64,000 nucleotides of DNA from Planctomycetales bacterium (GTDB taxonomy: Bacteria > Planctomycetota > Planctomycetia > Planctomycetales > Planctomycetaceae). The DNA is taken from positions 79,779-143,778 of the forward strand of contig JANQPT010000018.1 in assembly GCA_028285345.1 (NCBI GenBank), written 5' to 3'. This document shows positions 18,002 to 27,908 of the stretch, piece after piece; within the stretch, counting starts at the first letter, position 1; each line of letters begins with the position of its first letter. Made by a program: the position numbers and the translations under genes. The notes under the pieces are model-generated. The model was not told the origin of the DNA. It did not search any database and saw nothing but the letters and a program-made list of their open reading frames with translations.

Positions 18002-18871
18002 ATGCTGATTGCCGCCCTTGCAAACGCCGATAGCTGGTACCGACACGACCTGGAGCGGGCGGCGGTTGAGCGCGGGCATCAATTCGTGCGGGTCGATTTC
18101 CGGCGGTTGACGGCACAAATCTCGGGGAAGCGGGGACGAGTCAGCAGCGAAGAGTGCAATCTGCACGAATGCGACGCGGTGATTGTCCGCACGATGCCGC
18201 CCGGGTCGCTGGAACAAGTCGTCTATCGCATGGACGCACTGGCCCGTTTGGAAGCGTCGGGGACGGTGGTCGTCAATGCGCCCAAGGCGATTGAATGTGC
18301 GGTGGATAAGTATCTGACGACTGCCAAATTGCAGGCGGCGGGGCTGGCGGTGCCGCGGACGATAGTTTGCGAAGACTCCGAAGCGGCCATGACGGCGTTT
18401 GAAGATCTGGGCGGCGATGTGATCGTCAAACCGCTGTTTGGCTCCGAGGGCCGCGGAATCTTGAGAGTCTCCGATCCCGATCTGGCATTTCGGACGTTCC
18501 GCACGTTGGAACGGACGCAGGCGGTGTTGTACCTGCAGGAGTTTATCGAACACACCGGCTCCGATCTGAGGGCTCTGGTGCTGGACGGCCGCGTGATCGC
18601 CGCGATGCGGCGGCATGGCAACGGCGATTACCGCACGAACATCTCCCGCAACGGCCGCGCGGAGCCGGTGGAATTGTTGAAACGAGAACAAGATCTGGCG
18701 CTCAAAGCGTCCGCAGCCACCGGCTGCCGATTCGCTGGCGTTGATCTGTTGTACGACCGGTCGGGTAAGGTGTACGTGATTGAAGTCAACGCGGTTCCGG
18801 GGTGGCGGGCGCTGTCGCGGGTGACGGACATCGATGTGGCAGGCCTGCTGGTTGAGGGGCTGGAAGGTTAG
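18002..18871 (+). CDS. RimK-family ATP-grasp ligase (candidate cofactor alpha-L-glutamate ligase, MptN-like)
   Basis: ATP-grasp fold: DKYLTTAKLQAAGLAVPRT, GGDVIVKPLFGSEGRGI, LYLQEFIEHTGSDLRALVLDGRVIAAMRRH..DYRTNISRNG, FAGVDLLYDRSGKVYVIEVNAVPGW. Directly downstream of mch. Confidence 0.65.
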   Translation: MLIAALANADSWYRHDLERAAVERGHQFVRVDFRRLTAQISGKRGRVSSEECNLHECDAVIVRTMPPGSLEQVVYRMDALARLEASGTVVVNAPKAIECAVDKYLTTAKLQAAGLAVPRTIVCEDSEAAMTAFEDLGGDVIVKPLFGSEGRGILRVSDPDLAFRTFRTLERTQAVLYLQEFIEHTGSDLRALVLDGRVIAAMRRHGNGDYRTNISRNGRAEPVELLKREQDLALKASAATGCRFAGVDLLYDRSGKVYVIEVNAVPGWRALSRVTDIDVAGLLVEGLEG

Positions 18872-19287
18872 TCAGGCACAAATAACCGGCCTGCCAATTG
18901 TAGAAGGCTGCGCAGCTCGACGTTTTTGAGCGAGTTGAATCGGAGCAGCCTCGCAGTGACGCGTCCGACCGCAGTCAATGGAATTATCTGTCCCTCCTCA
19001 AGCCGAAAGTGCTCTCGCCACAGGTCATGACGCGGATGAAACAACGGTGCTAAATCGTCAGTTTCCGGATCGATTGAAGCAATATCGCTCCCTTTAAACC
19101 GATTGCAGAGGAAACATGCCCATGCTAAGTTCGCCTCGGTCGTCTTGCCCCCATGCTTGACCGCGATTATATGATCTGGTTGATGAGAGAACATCACGTC
19201 ATTGGCATGAATCAGACAATACTCGCAACGGTCTCCCGCACGCTGGCGAGCGCGCGTGCGGAGTTGGGCGGGTACTCGATCGCTCAT
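18868..19287 (-). CDS. HNH endonuclease
   Basis: CEYCLIHANDVMFSHQPDHIIAVKHGGKTTEANLAWACFLCNRFKGSD: the C-x2-C...H-x3-H...N...C-x2-C HNH motif. 139 aa. Confidence 0.8.
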   Translation of the reverse strand: MSDRVPAQLRTRARQRAGDRCEYCLIHANDVMFSHQPDHIIAVKHGGKTTEANLAWACFLCNRFKGSDIASIDPETDDLAPLFHPRHDLWREHFRLEEGQIIPLTAVGRVTARLLRFNSLKNVELRSLLQLAGRLFVPD

Positions 19288-19293
19288 GAGCGC

Positions 19294-19533
19294 TTACCGA
19301 TTGAGCCGTGCCTTGACTAGTCGCATCAACAATTCGGCCTGTTCGAACTGATTCAACTCTCGTTGCTCGTCGGGCGTTATTGTGCCGGCATTCTGCTTAT
19401 ACAACAGCTCACCGGCGCGCTTTTGCACATCCTGAGAGGGATGGAATTCGAGTAACTGCTCATGCGTCGGGTTGGATGTCAGCAGGTCGGCAATCTCTTC
19501 AAGTATTCGGATTGGTTCCTCAGCAATTGACAT
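19294..19533 (-). CDS. Small hypothetical protein (79 aa) immediately upstream of the HNH endonuclease
   Basis: ORF MSIAEEPIRILEEIADLLTSNPTHEQLLEF... ends 6 nt before the HNH start. Acidic, helical composition. Confidence 0.4.
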   Translation of the reverse strand: MSIAEEPIRILEEIADLLTSNPTHEQLLEFHPSQDVQKRAGELLYKQNAGTITPDEQRELNQFEQAELLMRLVKARLNR

Positions 19534-19657
19534 CGATCAACAACCTTTCGCTAAAATGGTGGCAAAACCTTACAACATTATCCGGCGAATTGTGTTCTCC
19601 GGTCAAGGCGATTCGGTTTGCCTCAATTGATCATCTGATTCTAATAGGCACCCCCAA

Positions 19658-20614
19658 ATGAAATCCTACTCCCGAGTAATGAAGCAACTTGCCGGCGTTC
19701 TGCTGATCGCGAACCTGACGGTGACTGCGATTGCGGACGATCCAAAATCGCCGCCGGCACCACCGCTGGAGCGGCTTAGTGAAGAGGGCTGCCGGGCGAT
19801 TGCGCGGTTTTACGATTACGATAACTCGATTCCGCTCGAAGCGCGGGTCGTCGAGAAGAAAATGAAGAAGTTCGACGGCATCCCCCGTGAAAAGATTGTC
19901 TTTCGCGGCGGTGCCGGGGAGTTGGTGCCGGGGTATTTTCAGCGTCCCGAGACGGATGCGAAGCAGGTCCCCTGTGTGTTGCTGTTGCACGGCTGGTCCG
20001 GGGCGAAGGACCGCTGGTTTCAGGATGGCGGTTACATCAGCGGCGGCAACGTCCGCAAGGCACTATTGGAGGCGGGCTATGCCGTCTTCGCACTCGATGC
20101 CCAATGTCACGGCGACCGCATTTCGGTGAACGACTTCGCACCGGTCAATCATTACCGTGAAGAGGGCCCGCAGCCGCGGAAGGGTTATTTGACGCAGGAG
20201 GAAATCTACCGGCAGACGGTCGTCGATTATCGCCGGGCGATCGATTATTTGATCTCACGGGGCGATATCGACCCGGAGCGGATCGGCCTGGTCGGCTACA
20301 GTATGGGAGGCACGCAGGCGTTTTTGCTGACCGGCGTGGAGCCGCGAATCAAAGTCGCCGTCGCCTGCGTGACGCCGAAGGAGCGGGACAAGTTCTCGCC
20401 CATCGCGCCGCAAAATCAAACCTACGGCATCGGCGAGCGGCCGTTTTTGATGATCATGGGCCGCAGCGACCCGATGTGCAGCCCCGAAGTTGCGAAACAG
20501 CTTCACGCGATGCTGCCGGCGGAGTCGTCGAAGCTGATTTTCATCGACGCGGGGCACAAACTGTCGCTGGACTACGTGCCGCACGCGGTGCGGTGGGTGA
20601 CGGAGCGGTTGTGA
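19658..20614 (+). CDS. Secreted alpha/beta-hydrolase (dienelactone hydrolase / esterase-like)
   Basis: Signal peptide MKSYSRVMKQLAGVLLIANLTVTAIA. LLLHGWSG oxyanion region. GYSMGG nucleophile elbow (G-x-S-x-G). Downstream His/Asp candidates. Confidence 0.7.
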   Translation: MKSYSRVMKQLAGVLLIANLTVTAIADDPKSPPAPPLERLSEEGCRAIARFYDYDNSIPLEARVVEKKMKKFDGIPREKIVFRGGAGELVPGYFQRPETDAKQVPCVLLLHGWSGAKDRWFQDGGYISGGNVRKALLEAGYAVFALDAQCHGDRISVNDFAPVNHYREEGPQPRKGYLTQEEIYRQTVVDYRRAIDYLISRGDIDPERIGLVGYSMGGTQAFLLTGVEPRIKVAVACVTPKERDKFSPIAPQNQTYGIGERPFLMIMGRSDPMCSPEVAKQLHAMLPAESSKLIFIDAGHKLSLDYVPHAVRWVTERL

Positions 20615-20635
20615 TTGTATGACGTTTCTCATGGG

Positions 20636-21160
20636 ATGACTCTGAGGCAGATGCCAATCATGAGTGAAAACGACCCGTACCGTAAATTGTATCCGCCCTC
20701 GCCAACGCCGACCGATGAGACTTGCTCCTGTCCCGCCCAGCACCCTGCCAAGTTGATGTGCGCACTGGGATACAACCCGCTGCATTGCATGGAATGCAAT
20801 AAGGAAATTCTTCCAAGTTCTCTGGGGATTGGTGCAACGCTTGTCGATGGAATCGCCAACTGGCGAGCTATTTACGACGCAATTGATCGCCTTTGGTTGG
20901 ACTCTGCCGAGTACGAACTTTGGGCTGAACACGAGCTGGCAGAGATATCGAGTCCCGTAAATAGACGTGGCCGCGAAATCAGCAGCGCGATTAATGAACA
21001 GCACAAATGCTATTATTGGTACTTCCAGAATCAATCAGTGGACGATTTCGAGCCGATATCAAACTGTCCGGTCTGTGAGAAACTGCTTGACGTATACACG
21101 GGTGGAATCTTCCGACAATTGACTTGCGAACCGTGCGGCTTGGTCACGGTCGGTGAGTAA
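20636..21160 (+). CDS. Hypothetical Cys-rich (zinc-ribbon-like) protein
   Basis: CSCPAQHP...CALGYNPLHCMECNKE and CPVCEKLL...CEPCG suggest two Zn-ribbon-like units. The ORF track starts at a TTG at 20615. The first ATG is 20636. Confidence 0.45.
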   Translation: MTLRQMPIMSENDPYRKLYPPSPTPTDETCSCPAQHPAKLMCALGYNPLHCMECNKEILPSSLGIGATLVDGIANWRAIYDAIDRLWLDSAEYELWAEHELAEISSPVNRRGREISSAINEQHKCYYWYFQNQSVDDFEPISNCPVCEKLLDVYTGGIFRQLTCEPCGLVTVGE

Positions 21161-21238
21161 CGCTAGGCTCGACATTGTCAGAAATCATCTGCCAGCGGCC
21201 ACGTAAAGAACCGCGTTTGAGGCGTCTCGGCTCAAATC

Positions 21239-21907
21239 ATGGAACTACCGACCGACATGCTCGCGGAGATTGACCGTCTTGGGGAAAGTCGTGCGCGCAT
21301 TGAGAGGCTGAGTAAAGAAGAGGGACTAGAGTTTGCTCGCTTTTTTCTGCAAGAAGCGAGTAAATGTGCAGCGTTGTTCGACAAATGGTTCCCACAGCTC
21401 CAAGAATTCGCTGAAGGCGCGCGCCGGGCGAATCCAATACCGGTGGAAAGTGACCTATCACCAACCGAACTTGCCTTCCGTCGGATACTGCAGCCGAAGA
21501 TTGCCAGCGCAGAGCGAGTTCCCCAGCGAAACAACTACACGGCTGCAATCTTCACGGCACCGTTGGTGGTGCTCCCGCTCGTCATCGCTGAATGGCCATC
21601 AACCTATCGAAACAGAGTCTTTTTAACTGCGGATGAATTCAAGGAGTGGAATAGGAATTACGACGAACCAAAGTATTCACCGTGGTGGTACGTTTATCAG
21701 TATTGGGAGATTGAACCAAATCCGCCGCAAGATTTACTTTGGCTTAAACGTTCACAGTATACGTTGCCCCCGCATGCGACTTCACTGCTCGTTTCCTGGG
21801 GATTGTGTTTAGATGCAATTGCAGGTCGCGGAGAAGGCGAATTGTGGCACCTCGACCAGAGTGGTTGCGAAACACGAACAGCTCATTCATGGGAAGAGTA
21901 TTTTTGA
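21239..21907 (+). CDS. Hypothetical protein (222 aa)
   Basis: Long ORF at the start of the lower-GC segment. No recognisable motif. Confidence 0.45.
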   Translation: MELPTDMLAEIDRLGESRARIERLSKEEGLEFARFFLQEASKCAALFDKWFPQLQEFAEGARRANPIPVESDLSPTELAFRRILQPKIASAERVPQRNNYTAAIFTAPLVVLPLVIAEWPSTYRNRVFLTADEFKEWNRNYDEPKYSPWWYVYQYWEIEPNPPQDLLWLKRSQYTLPPHATSLLVSWGLCLDAIAGRGEGELWHLDQSGCETRTAHSWEEYF

Positions 21908-21997
21908 ACTGCTACTGGCCGATACCGCAAGATTGAAATGTTTCAATCAGAGTGCTGACTGCCCGAGTCGCAAAGAGCTTTAGAACATCTCATCACC

Positions 21998-22285
21998 ATG
22001 CCAAGAGATTTCGATGAGCCGACGGATCTGTCTGACCGCATCCGCAACATTCTTCTCCTTAATTGGGATCCGATAGGAACTCGCGCATTCGTTGAATTCG
22101 ATCGTCAAAACGACGAATACGATCCGTAAATTCCCAAGATCATCGATTTGTTACGGGATGGCGCGGATGCTTACAAGTTAGCGAAGCACCTTCTGCAGCT
22201 TGAGACTGTGGCGATGGGTCTGCCGGGGAATCCGGAGCGATGTGAGCACGTCGCGAAGATGTTACACGATCTGATGTCGGTCTGA
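21998..22285 (+). pseudogene. Small ORF interrupted by a single in-frame TAA (22127..22129)
   Basis: MPRDFDEPTDLSDRIRNILLLNWDPIGTRAFVEFDRQNDEYDP-TAA-IPKIIDLLRDGADAYKLAKHLLQLETVAMGLPGNPERCEHVAKMLHDLMSV*. Both halves are in the same frame (verified codon by codon). Neither half is in the ORF track because each is under 60 aa. Confidence 0.45.
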
Positions 22286-22292
22286 CTTACCA

Positions 22293-23036
22293 CTATTTAG
22301 GGCTAAATTGAAAGTAGGCCGCGCGAAAATAGAGACAGACTGCAAAATAGAACAGCTCTTCGTCCTTTGGCAGTTTCTGAGCATCAGACTTGTTGATCAC
22401 CAAGTCTGGGTTGGGCCGTGGCGTCGTGTAAAGAAACGCTAGCGTACAAATCATGAACAGAATATAGAAAAAGTCCGACGGTGGCGGGTTCCATCCGAGT
22501 CGCATCGAGAGCGTATCGCCGGAGGGTCTTTGGATGGGAAGACCATCCACAGTCACGACTTTTGTTCGTTTCGTCTTACTATTTGTACGATCGATCGTTC
22601 CAAATAATTCACCATGATGAATCAGTTGCCATTGAATTGGCCAGCTGATCCCCAAGAATTTTCGATACTCGCTGAAGCGTATTTCACCTATCTGACATCC
22701 ATTGAGGTATATTCCTACGAATTCGGAATTAGTCGTCTTATGATGCACGCACTCGATGGCAGTACCATCAGTTAGCAGGATCACCGTGTAGCCACGCAAA
22801 TCGCCACGCCGCCAGCTCTTTCGACCAAAGACATTGCCAACGAATTTATGTGTCACACTTGTCGAGAGGTTCAACGAATACATGCCGTTGGAGATGAAAC
22901 CACTGCAGGCGAGTTCAGGCAACGTGAATCGAACGTGCTTGTCGAAATGCTTCAAGTTTACTTTGTAGCAAGTTCGGTCGCGCACCTCATCGACCATTGA
23001 CCCACAAACTTCGTGAGAAAACTTGAAATCTAACAT
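22293..23036 (-). CDS. Hypothetical protein with C-terminal TM segment (247 aa), low-GC gene
   Basis: Long ORF in a ~45% GC stretch (vs ~60% flanks). Hydrophobic FFYILFMICTLAFLYTT near the C-terminus. Confidence 0.5.
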   Translation of the reverse strand: MLDFKFSHEVCGSMVDEVRDRTCYKVNLKHFDKHVRFTLPELACSGFISNGMYSLNLSTSVTHKFVGNVFGRKSWRRGDLRGYTVILLTDGTAIECVHHKTTNSEFVGIYLNGCQIGEIRFSEYRKFLGISWPIQWQLIHHGELFGTIDRTNSKTKRTKVVTVDGLPIQRPSGDTLSMRLGWNPPPSDFFYILFMICTLAFLYTTPRPNPDLVINKSDAQKLPKDEELFYFAVCLYFRAAYFQFSPK

Positions 23037-23122
23037 GTCTTCGATGGCCGGAGAATCGCACGCGTATTTTCAGCGGTGGAAGGTTCGTGTTGTGCTGCCT
23101 TCACTTCCGTCGAAAGCCTGAC

Positions 23123-23668
23123 CTACTTCTCAACTTCCCGACGATCATCATTCGCTTCGCGCAGCAGTTGAGCTTTTCGCGATTGATAGCGCCGCAGGCC
23201 TTCCTGATAGGCTTGGGCTTTCTGGTGCGTCTTCAGTCCCCCGAAGATGGCGAAACCGATAAACAGAAGTCCGAACACAGCCATCGGCGGAAACATCGCG
23301 CCGGCCATGACCGTCCAAAATATGCCGAAGATCGCGACCACGAACGACATGGTGACGCTCATTGTCGAGGGCAGATGTTGCCGGCCGTGCTTGTCGGTGA
23401 CCATGTAATCGACCAATTCCCGCTCCCATTCTCGATCCAGCGCCTCGACTGCATGGTGGTGTTCGATCCGCTCCAACCGGTCGAGCATCTCCTCCTGCCG
23501 CTCGCCGATTTGATCGAGCTGTTCGGTAAACGCCGAACCGTCTCCATGACGGATCGCCAACCGCGTCGAGCAGTGTGTGCAGGTGACGAACTTGGTCGAC
23601 TCCGCGACTTCCAGCGGCGCGCCGCAATGATTGCAATTGAGGGAAATGAGTTGCATGATAACTGACAC
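23123..23668 (-). CDS. Zinc-ribbon / 2-TM membrane protein (181 aa)
   Basis: N-terminal CNHCGAPL...CTHCST Zn-ribbon. Two TM helices (MSFVVAIFGIFWTVMAGAMF, MAVFGLLFIGFAIFGGL). Basic C-terminal tail. Confidence 0.55.
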   Translation of the reverse strand: MSVIMQLISLNCNHCGAPLEVAESTKFVTCTHCSTRLAIRHGDGSAFTEQLDQIGERQEEMLDRLERIEHHHAVEALDREWERELVDYMVTDKHGRQHLPSTMSVTMSFVVAIFGIFWTVMAGAMFPPMAVFGLLFIGFAIFGGLKTHQKAQAYQEGLRRYQSRKAQLLREANDDRREVEK

Positions 23669-23734
23669 ACTTGCCGGTGTTTGTGCGAGAACCGAGCTAG
23701 TCTATTCGTCTAATTTGTAGCAAGGGAAGAGCTC

Positions 23735-24019
23735 ATGAGTTCAGTGGAGAAGCAACCTCAAATCGTTGATTGGATTCGGAGTCTGCTCGAAGTCGGGTTT
23801 GTTGGATCGGTCGTCCTGATTGGACTCGGTGTCGTATGGTTGATCATTGGCGGTCCAATCGTCGCAGCATCAAACCCCGATGGCGAACTGCATTTCGAAT
23901 GGGACGTGGCCTGGGCGTACTTCTCTGGTTGCTCGATTGCGGCATTTTGGTGTGGATTGGGAGTGATTCTCGTCGATATCCGAGATCAATTGGTCGCTCT
24001 TAAAGGACAGAATGCTTGA
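23735..24019 (+). CDS. Small membrane protein (94 aa, 2 TM)
   Basis: VGFVGSVVLIGLGVVWLIIGGPIVAA and CSIAAFWCGLGVILV hydrophobic helices. Confidence 0.4.
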   Translation: MSSVEKQPQIVDWIRSLLEVGFVGSVVLIGLGVVWLIIGGPIVAASNPDGELHFEWDVAWAYFSGCSIAAFWCGLGVILVDIRDQLVALKGQNA

Positions 24020-24052
24020 AATCGATCTCGTGCAGCAGCGCAAACGGCGATT

Positions 24053-27000
24053 TCATGCTACCGGATCACCAAATCCGCCGCCACCGGGCGATTCGATCGT
24101 CAAGATATCTCCCCGCGCAACTTCCAGTTGCACTTTGCCGCCTAAATTCTCCGATTCCTCGCGACCGGCCCGTTGCCGTGAATTGACGCCCAATTTGCCC
24201 GGCTCGCCTCCTTGCAGCCCGAACGGCGGGTACGGTCCGCGGCGTTCGGTGAGTAGCGAGACCTGCAGTTTTCGCAAGAATTCAATCCTGCGAATAATCC
24301 CGTCGCCGCCGCGATGCCGCCCTGCTCCACCGGAGCCGCGGCGGATGCTGAATTCGTGCAGCCGGACCGGATAACGACGCTCAATCACCTCCGGGTCGGT
24401 CAGCCGCGTGTTGGTCATGTGGGTGTGGACCGCGTCGGCGCCGTCGGCGTCGGCCGTCGCACCGCTGCCGCCGCAGATCGTTTCGTAATAGCCGAATTGC
24501 TCGTCGCCGAACGTGAGGTTGTTCATCGTCCCCTGGCTGGCGGCGGCGACTTCGAGCGCGCCGAGCAATGCGTCGACCACGCGCGACGAGGTCTCCACGT
24601 TACCGCCCACCACGGCGGCGCAGCGGGCGGGATCGTCGTGCTCCGGCGGGTTGAGCAGGCACTCCGGCAAAATGATTGTTACCGGGAACAGCACGCCGCT
24701 GTTGAGTGGAATGTCTTCGTCGATCAAACAGCGAAAGACATACAGGACCGCTGCCGTTACGATGCCGCGATTGGCGTTGAGATTGCCGTCGATCACCGGC
24801 CCGGTCCCGCTGAAATCGACGGTTGCCATCTCGCCCTGAATCGTGATCTTCACCGCAATCGGCGAACCGTCGTCGAGGTGATCGACACGCTGATATTCTC
24901 CGTCGGGAATCTTCGCGAGCGCCATCCGCATTTTGCGGTCCGCCGCGTCCTGAATGTGCTGCATATAGGCCTGCACGACCGGCAACGAGTAGCGGTTAAC
25001 CAATTCGGATAGTAGATTCACGCCGTTGTTATTGGCGGCGACTTGTGCGGAGACGTCTGAGAGGTTTTCCTCGACGGCCCGTGTGGGACAGGGCGCGGTG
25101 GTGAGGAGTTCGCGCAATTCGGCCTCGCGCGACAGTCCGGCGTCGACCAATTTGAAGTTGCGAATCAGCACGCCCTCTTCGCCGAGGTTCTTCGAAAACG
25201 GCGGGAGGCTGCCGGGGATGATGCCGCCGATTTCCGCATGATGCGCCCGGCTGGCGGTGAAGAACAGCAGTTCGCAGGTCTGCTGATCGTGCACCGGTGT
25301 GACGACGGTGACGTCGGGCAGATGCGAGCCGCCGCGATACGGGTCGTTGGTGACGAAGACGTCGCCCGGCTGCAGGTCGGGATTGTCCGCCAGAATTCGT
25401 TTGACCGTTTCGCTCATCGCTCCCAGATGAACCGGGATGTGCGGTGCGTTGACGACCAGATCGCCTGTGGGCGAGAAAATTGCGCAACTGAAATCGAGCC
25501 GCTCTTTGACGTTCGTTGAGAAGGACGTCTTTTGCAGCGTGATGCCCATCTGTTCGGCGATCGAGGCAAACAGATTGTTGAAGATCTCCAGCATCACCGG
25601 ATCGGCCTCTGTGCTGTGTTGCTCGGCGGCTGTGTCGCCGGAATCGGAAATCAAGATCTCGCCGCGGGCGGTGATCTCGGCGGTAAATCCGGGATCGATT
25701 ACGACCGTTGACGTCGGTTCGCAGATGATCGCCGGGCCGGTGAAGCAATCGCCCGGCTGGAGTTCGCTCCGCTCGTAGACTCCCGTCGGCCAACTCCGGC
25801 CGCCGAACCAGGTTTCGGTTGTCTCGGCCGGTTCGGGATGCCGCTTGACGGTTGTTGTCGACTCGTCGTCCGCGTGGGGCGTTGTGCCGATGACTTCAAC
25901 GCGGGCGACTGCGACTTCGATCTCGCGTCCGGCATGTGCGTAGCCGTAGAGTTGGCGGTGCAGTTCCTCGTAGCGGCGGGCATATTCGCCGTCATCGGGC
26001 GCCGGAACGTTGATTGTCGATTCGACGCCGCGATACCGCATATCCAACGAGCGGATCGGCGGCGCAATCAGTGCTGCGTCGATGCCCTCCGCCGCGACTT
26101 CCGCTTGCGCCTGCCGCTCCAACTGTGCGAACACCGGCTCAAGTTGCTGCAACTGCTCGGGCGAATAGGTCTGCAAGACGGACGCTTCGGCATGCCGCCG
26201 CACGTCTGCCAAGCCGATCCCATAGGCACTGAGGATTCCCGCCAGCGGATGGACCAGCACTTGCCTGATTCCCAGCGCCCGCGCGATGGCGCAGGCATGT
26301 TGGGCGCCGGCGCCGCCGAAGGTGACCAGCACGTAGTCGCGGGGATCGTAGCCCTTGGCAACGGAGATGTTGCGAATCGGCCGGACCATGTTGGCGTTGG
26401 CGACTTTGAGAAATCCTTCGGCCAGTTCGATGGGCGTATAGTGCGTAGCGAGCGCAGATTGCGAGATCACGTCGCACAGCTCCGCCAGTTTTCGTTCGAC
26501 GACCCCGCGGTCCAATGGGAATGGAAATCGATCGGCCGGAATCTTGCCAAGGAACAGGTTGATGTCGGTGACGGTCAGCGGACCGCCCCGCCCATAGCAG
26601 GCGGGTCCGGGTGAGGCTCCCGCGCTTTGCGGGCCGACGGTTAATTTCACGCCGTCAAAATCGCAAATGCTGCCGCCGCCGGCAGCGACCGTTTCGATCG
26701 AGAGCATCGGCGCGACGACGCGGACGCCCGCTTTTTGCGTTTCGAACTCCAACTCGTACCGCCCGTCGAATCGCGAGACGTCGGTGCTGGTGCCGCCCAT
26801 ATCGAAGCCGATCGACTTTGCAAACCCCGCCCGCTGCGCAACTCGGGAGAAACCGATCACTCCGCCTGCCGGCCCCGAGAGGATGCTGTCCTTCCCGACA
26901 AAACGGTCGGCATCGACGAGGCCTCCGGCCGAGGTCATCATCTTCAGGCTGCTGGTCCCTAATCCGCTCCGTAGTTCGCCGACATACTGCCGCAGAATCG

Positions 27001-27868
27001 GATTCAGGTAGGAGTCCATCACCGTCGTGTCGCCGCGGGAGACGATCTTGATGAGCGGCGAGAGACGGCTGGAGGTACTGATCTCCGTGAAGCCGACGTC
27101 GCGGGCGATTCGCTCGATGAGTTCCTCGTGCTGTGGATTCGAGAAGGAATGCAGCAGGCAGATGGCGATCGAGTCGACGCCGGTACCCCGCAAATCTTGC
27201 AACTGCCGCCGCACGGCGTCTTCATTGGGAGAATGGAGCACGTTGCCATCGACGTCGACCCGCTCGTCGATTTCCACGACCTGGGTGAAAAGGGGTTGCG
27301 GCTTGCGGATCGCCAAGTCGAACAGCCGAGGCCGGTCCTGGTTGGCGATCAGCAACACGTCCTTGAAGCCGCGGGTGGTGATGAATCCCGTTCGCGCGCC
27401 GCGCCGTGTGAGCAGTGCATTGGTGCCCCGCGTTGTGCCCAGCCGCACGGAGACATCCGGGATCGCCTGGTCGAGCGGCAGGCCCAGCAGATAGCGTATC
27501 GCCACGACCGGTGCCTCTTCGCCGCTGGTGAGCTCGTAGTTTGTTCCGCCGAGGAGGGACTCCGGAATCGGCCGTTTGAGCGCGATTTCACCGGTCCGGC
27601 TGTCGAAATCGCTGACGGTGTCGGTATGCACGGCTGAGCCGTCATCGTCGAGAAAGCGGATTTCGTAGCCGTGCCAAAACTGCGGCGGGTCTTCGCAGCG
27701 GGATGGGTCGCGTATTGCCCGATCGCCGATTGTTTCAGAGACGCGTCCTTTGGTCACTCCCGTGCTAAGCAACTTGCGCTGAATTAAGCGGCCGCTGGGG
27801 TCGCGGGCAATGCAGTCGGTGAACGTACCGCCGACGTCGATCCAGAATTCCCAAACAGCCATCGGCAC
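24053..27868 (-). CDS. 5-oxoprolinase (ATP-hydrolysing), fused hydantoinase A/B (HyuA-HyuB) type
   Basis: 1271 aa. N-terminal hydantoinase/oxoprolinase N-domain, Hydantoinase_A core and C-terminal Hydantoinase_B region (…[38 protein letters not shown]…). Size and order match OPLAH-type fused enzymes. Confidence 0.8.
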   Translation of the reverse strand: MPMAVWEFWIDVGGTFTDCIARDPSGRLIQRKLLSTGVTKGRVSETIGDRAIRDPSRCEDPPQFWHGYEIRFLDDDGSAVHTDTVSDFDSRTGEIALKRPIPESLLGGTNYELTSGEEAPVVAIRYLLGLPLDQAIPDVSVRLGTTRGTNALLTRRGARTGFITTRGFKDVLLIANQDRPRLFDLAIRKPQPLFTQVVEIDERVDVDGNVLHSPNEDAVRRQLQDLRGTGVDSIAICLLHSFSNPQHEELIERIARDVGFTEISTSSRLSPLIKIVSRGDTTVMDSYLNPILRQYVGELRSGLGTSSLKMMTSAGGLVDADRFVGKDSILSGPAGGVIGFSRVAQRAGFAKSIGFDMGGTSTDVSRFDGRYELEFETQKAGVRVVAPMLSIETVAAGGGSICDFDGVKLTVGPQSAGASPGPACYGRGGPLTVTDINLFLGKIPADRFPFPLDRGVVERKLAELCDVISQSALATHYTPIELAEGFLKVANANMVRPIRNISVAKGYDPRDYVLVTFGGAGAQHACAIARALGIRQVLVHPLAGILSAYGIGLADVRRHAEASVLQTYSPEQLQQLEPVFAQLERQAQAEVAAEGIDAALIAPPIRSLDMRYRGVESTINVPAPDDGEYARRYEELHRQLYGYAHAGREIEVAVARVEVIGTTPHADDESTTTVKRHPEPAETTETWFGGRSWPTGVYERSELQPGDCFTGPAIICEPTSTVVIDPGFTAEITARGEILISDSGDTAAEQHSTEADPVMLEIFNNLFASIAEQMGITLQKTSFSTNVKERLDFSCAIFSPTGDLVVNAPHIPVHLGAMSETVKRILADNPDLQPGDVFVTNDPYRGGSHLPDVTVVTPVHDQQTCELLFFTASRAHHAEIGGIIPGSLPPFSKNLGEEGVLIRNFKLVDAGLSREAELRELLTTAPCPTRAVEENLSDVSAQVAANNNGVNLLSELVNRYSLPVVQAYMQHIQDAADRKMRMALAKIPDGEYQRVDHLDDGSPIAVKITIQGEMATVDFSGTGPVIDGNLNANRGIVTAAVLYVFRCLIDEDIPLNSGVLFPVTIILPECLLNPPEHDDPARCAAVVGGNVETSSRVVDALLGALEVAAASQGTMNNLTFGDEQFGYYETICGGSGATADADGADAVHTHMTNTRLTDPEVIERRYPVRLHEFSIRRGSGGAGRHRGGDGIIRRIEFLRKLQVSLLTERRGPYPPFGLQGGEPGKLGVNSRQRAGREESENLGGKVQLEVARGDILTIESPGGGGFGDPVA

Positions 27869-27908
27869 GGTTATTGGTTATGAGACGTAATAGACAAAAA
27901 TCATTCAT

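Noticed and set aside
17298-18691. 272-aa and 232-aa minus-strand ORFs
   Set aside because: Antisense to mch and the ATP-grasp gene, which carry strong family motifs.
24314-27645. Multiple 100-260-aa ORFs on both strands inside the oxoprolinase gene
   Set aside because: Alt-frame or antisense products of a continuous 1271-aa gene with collinear hydantoinase A/B similarity.
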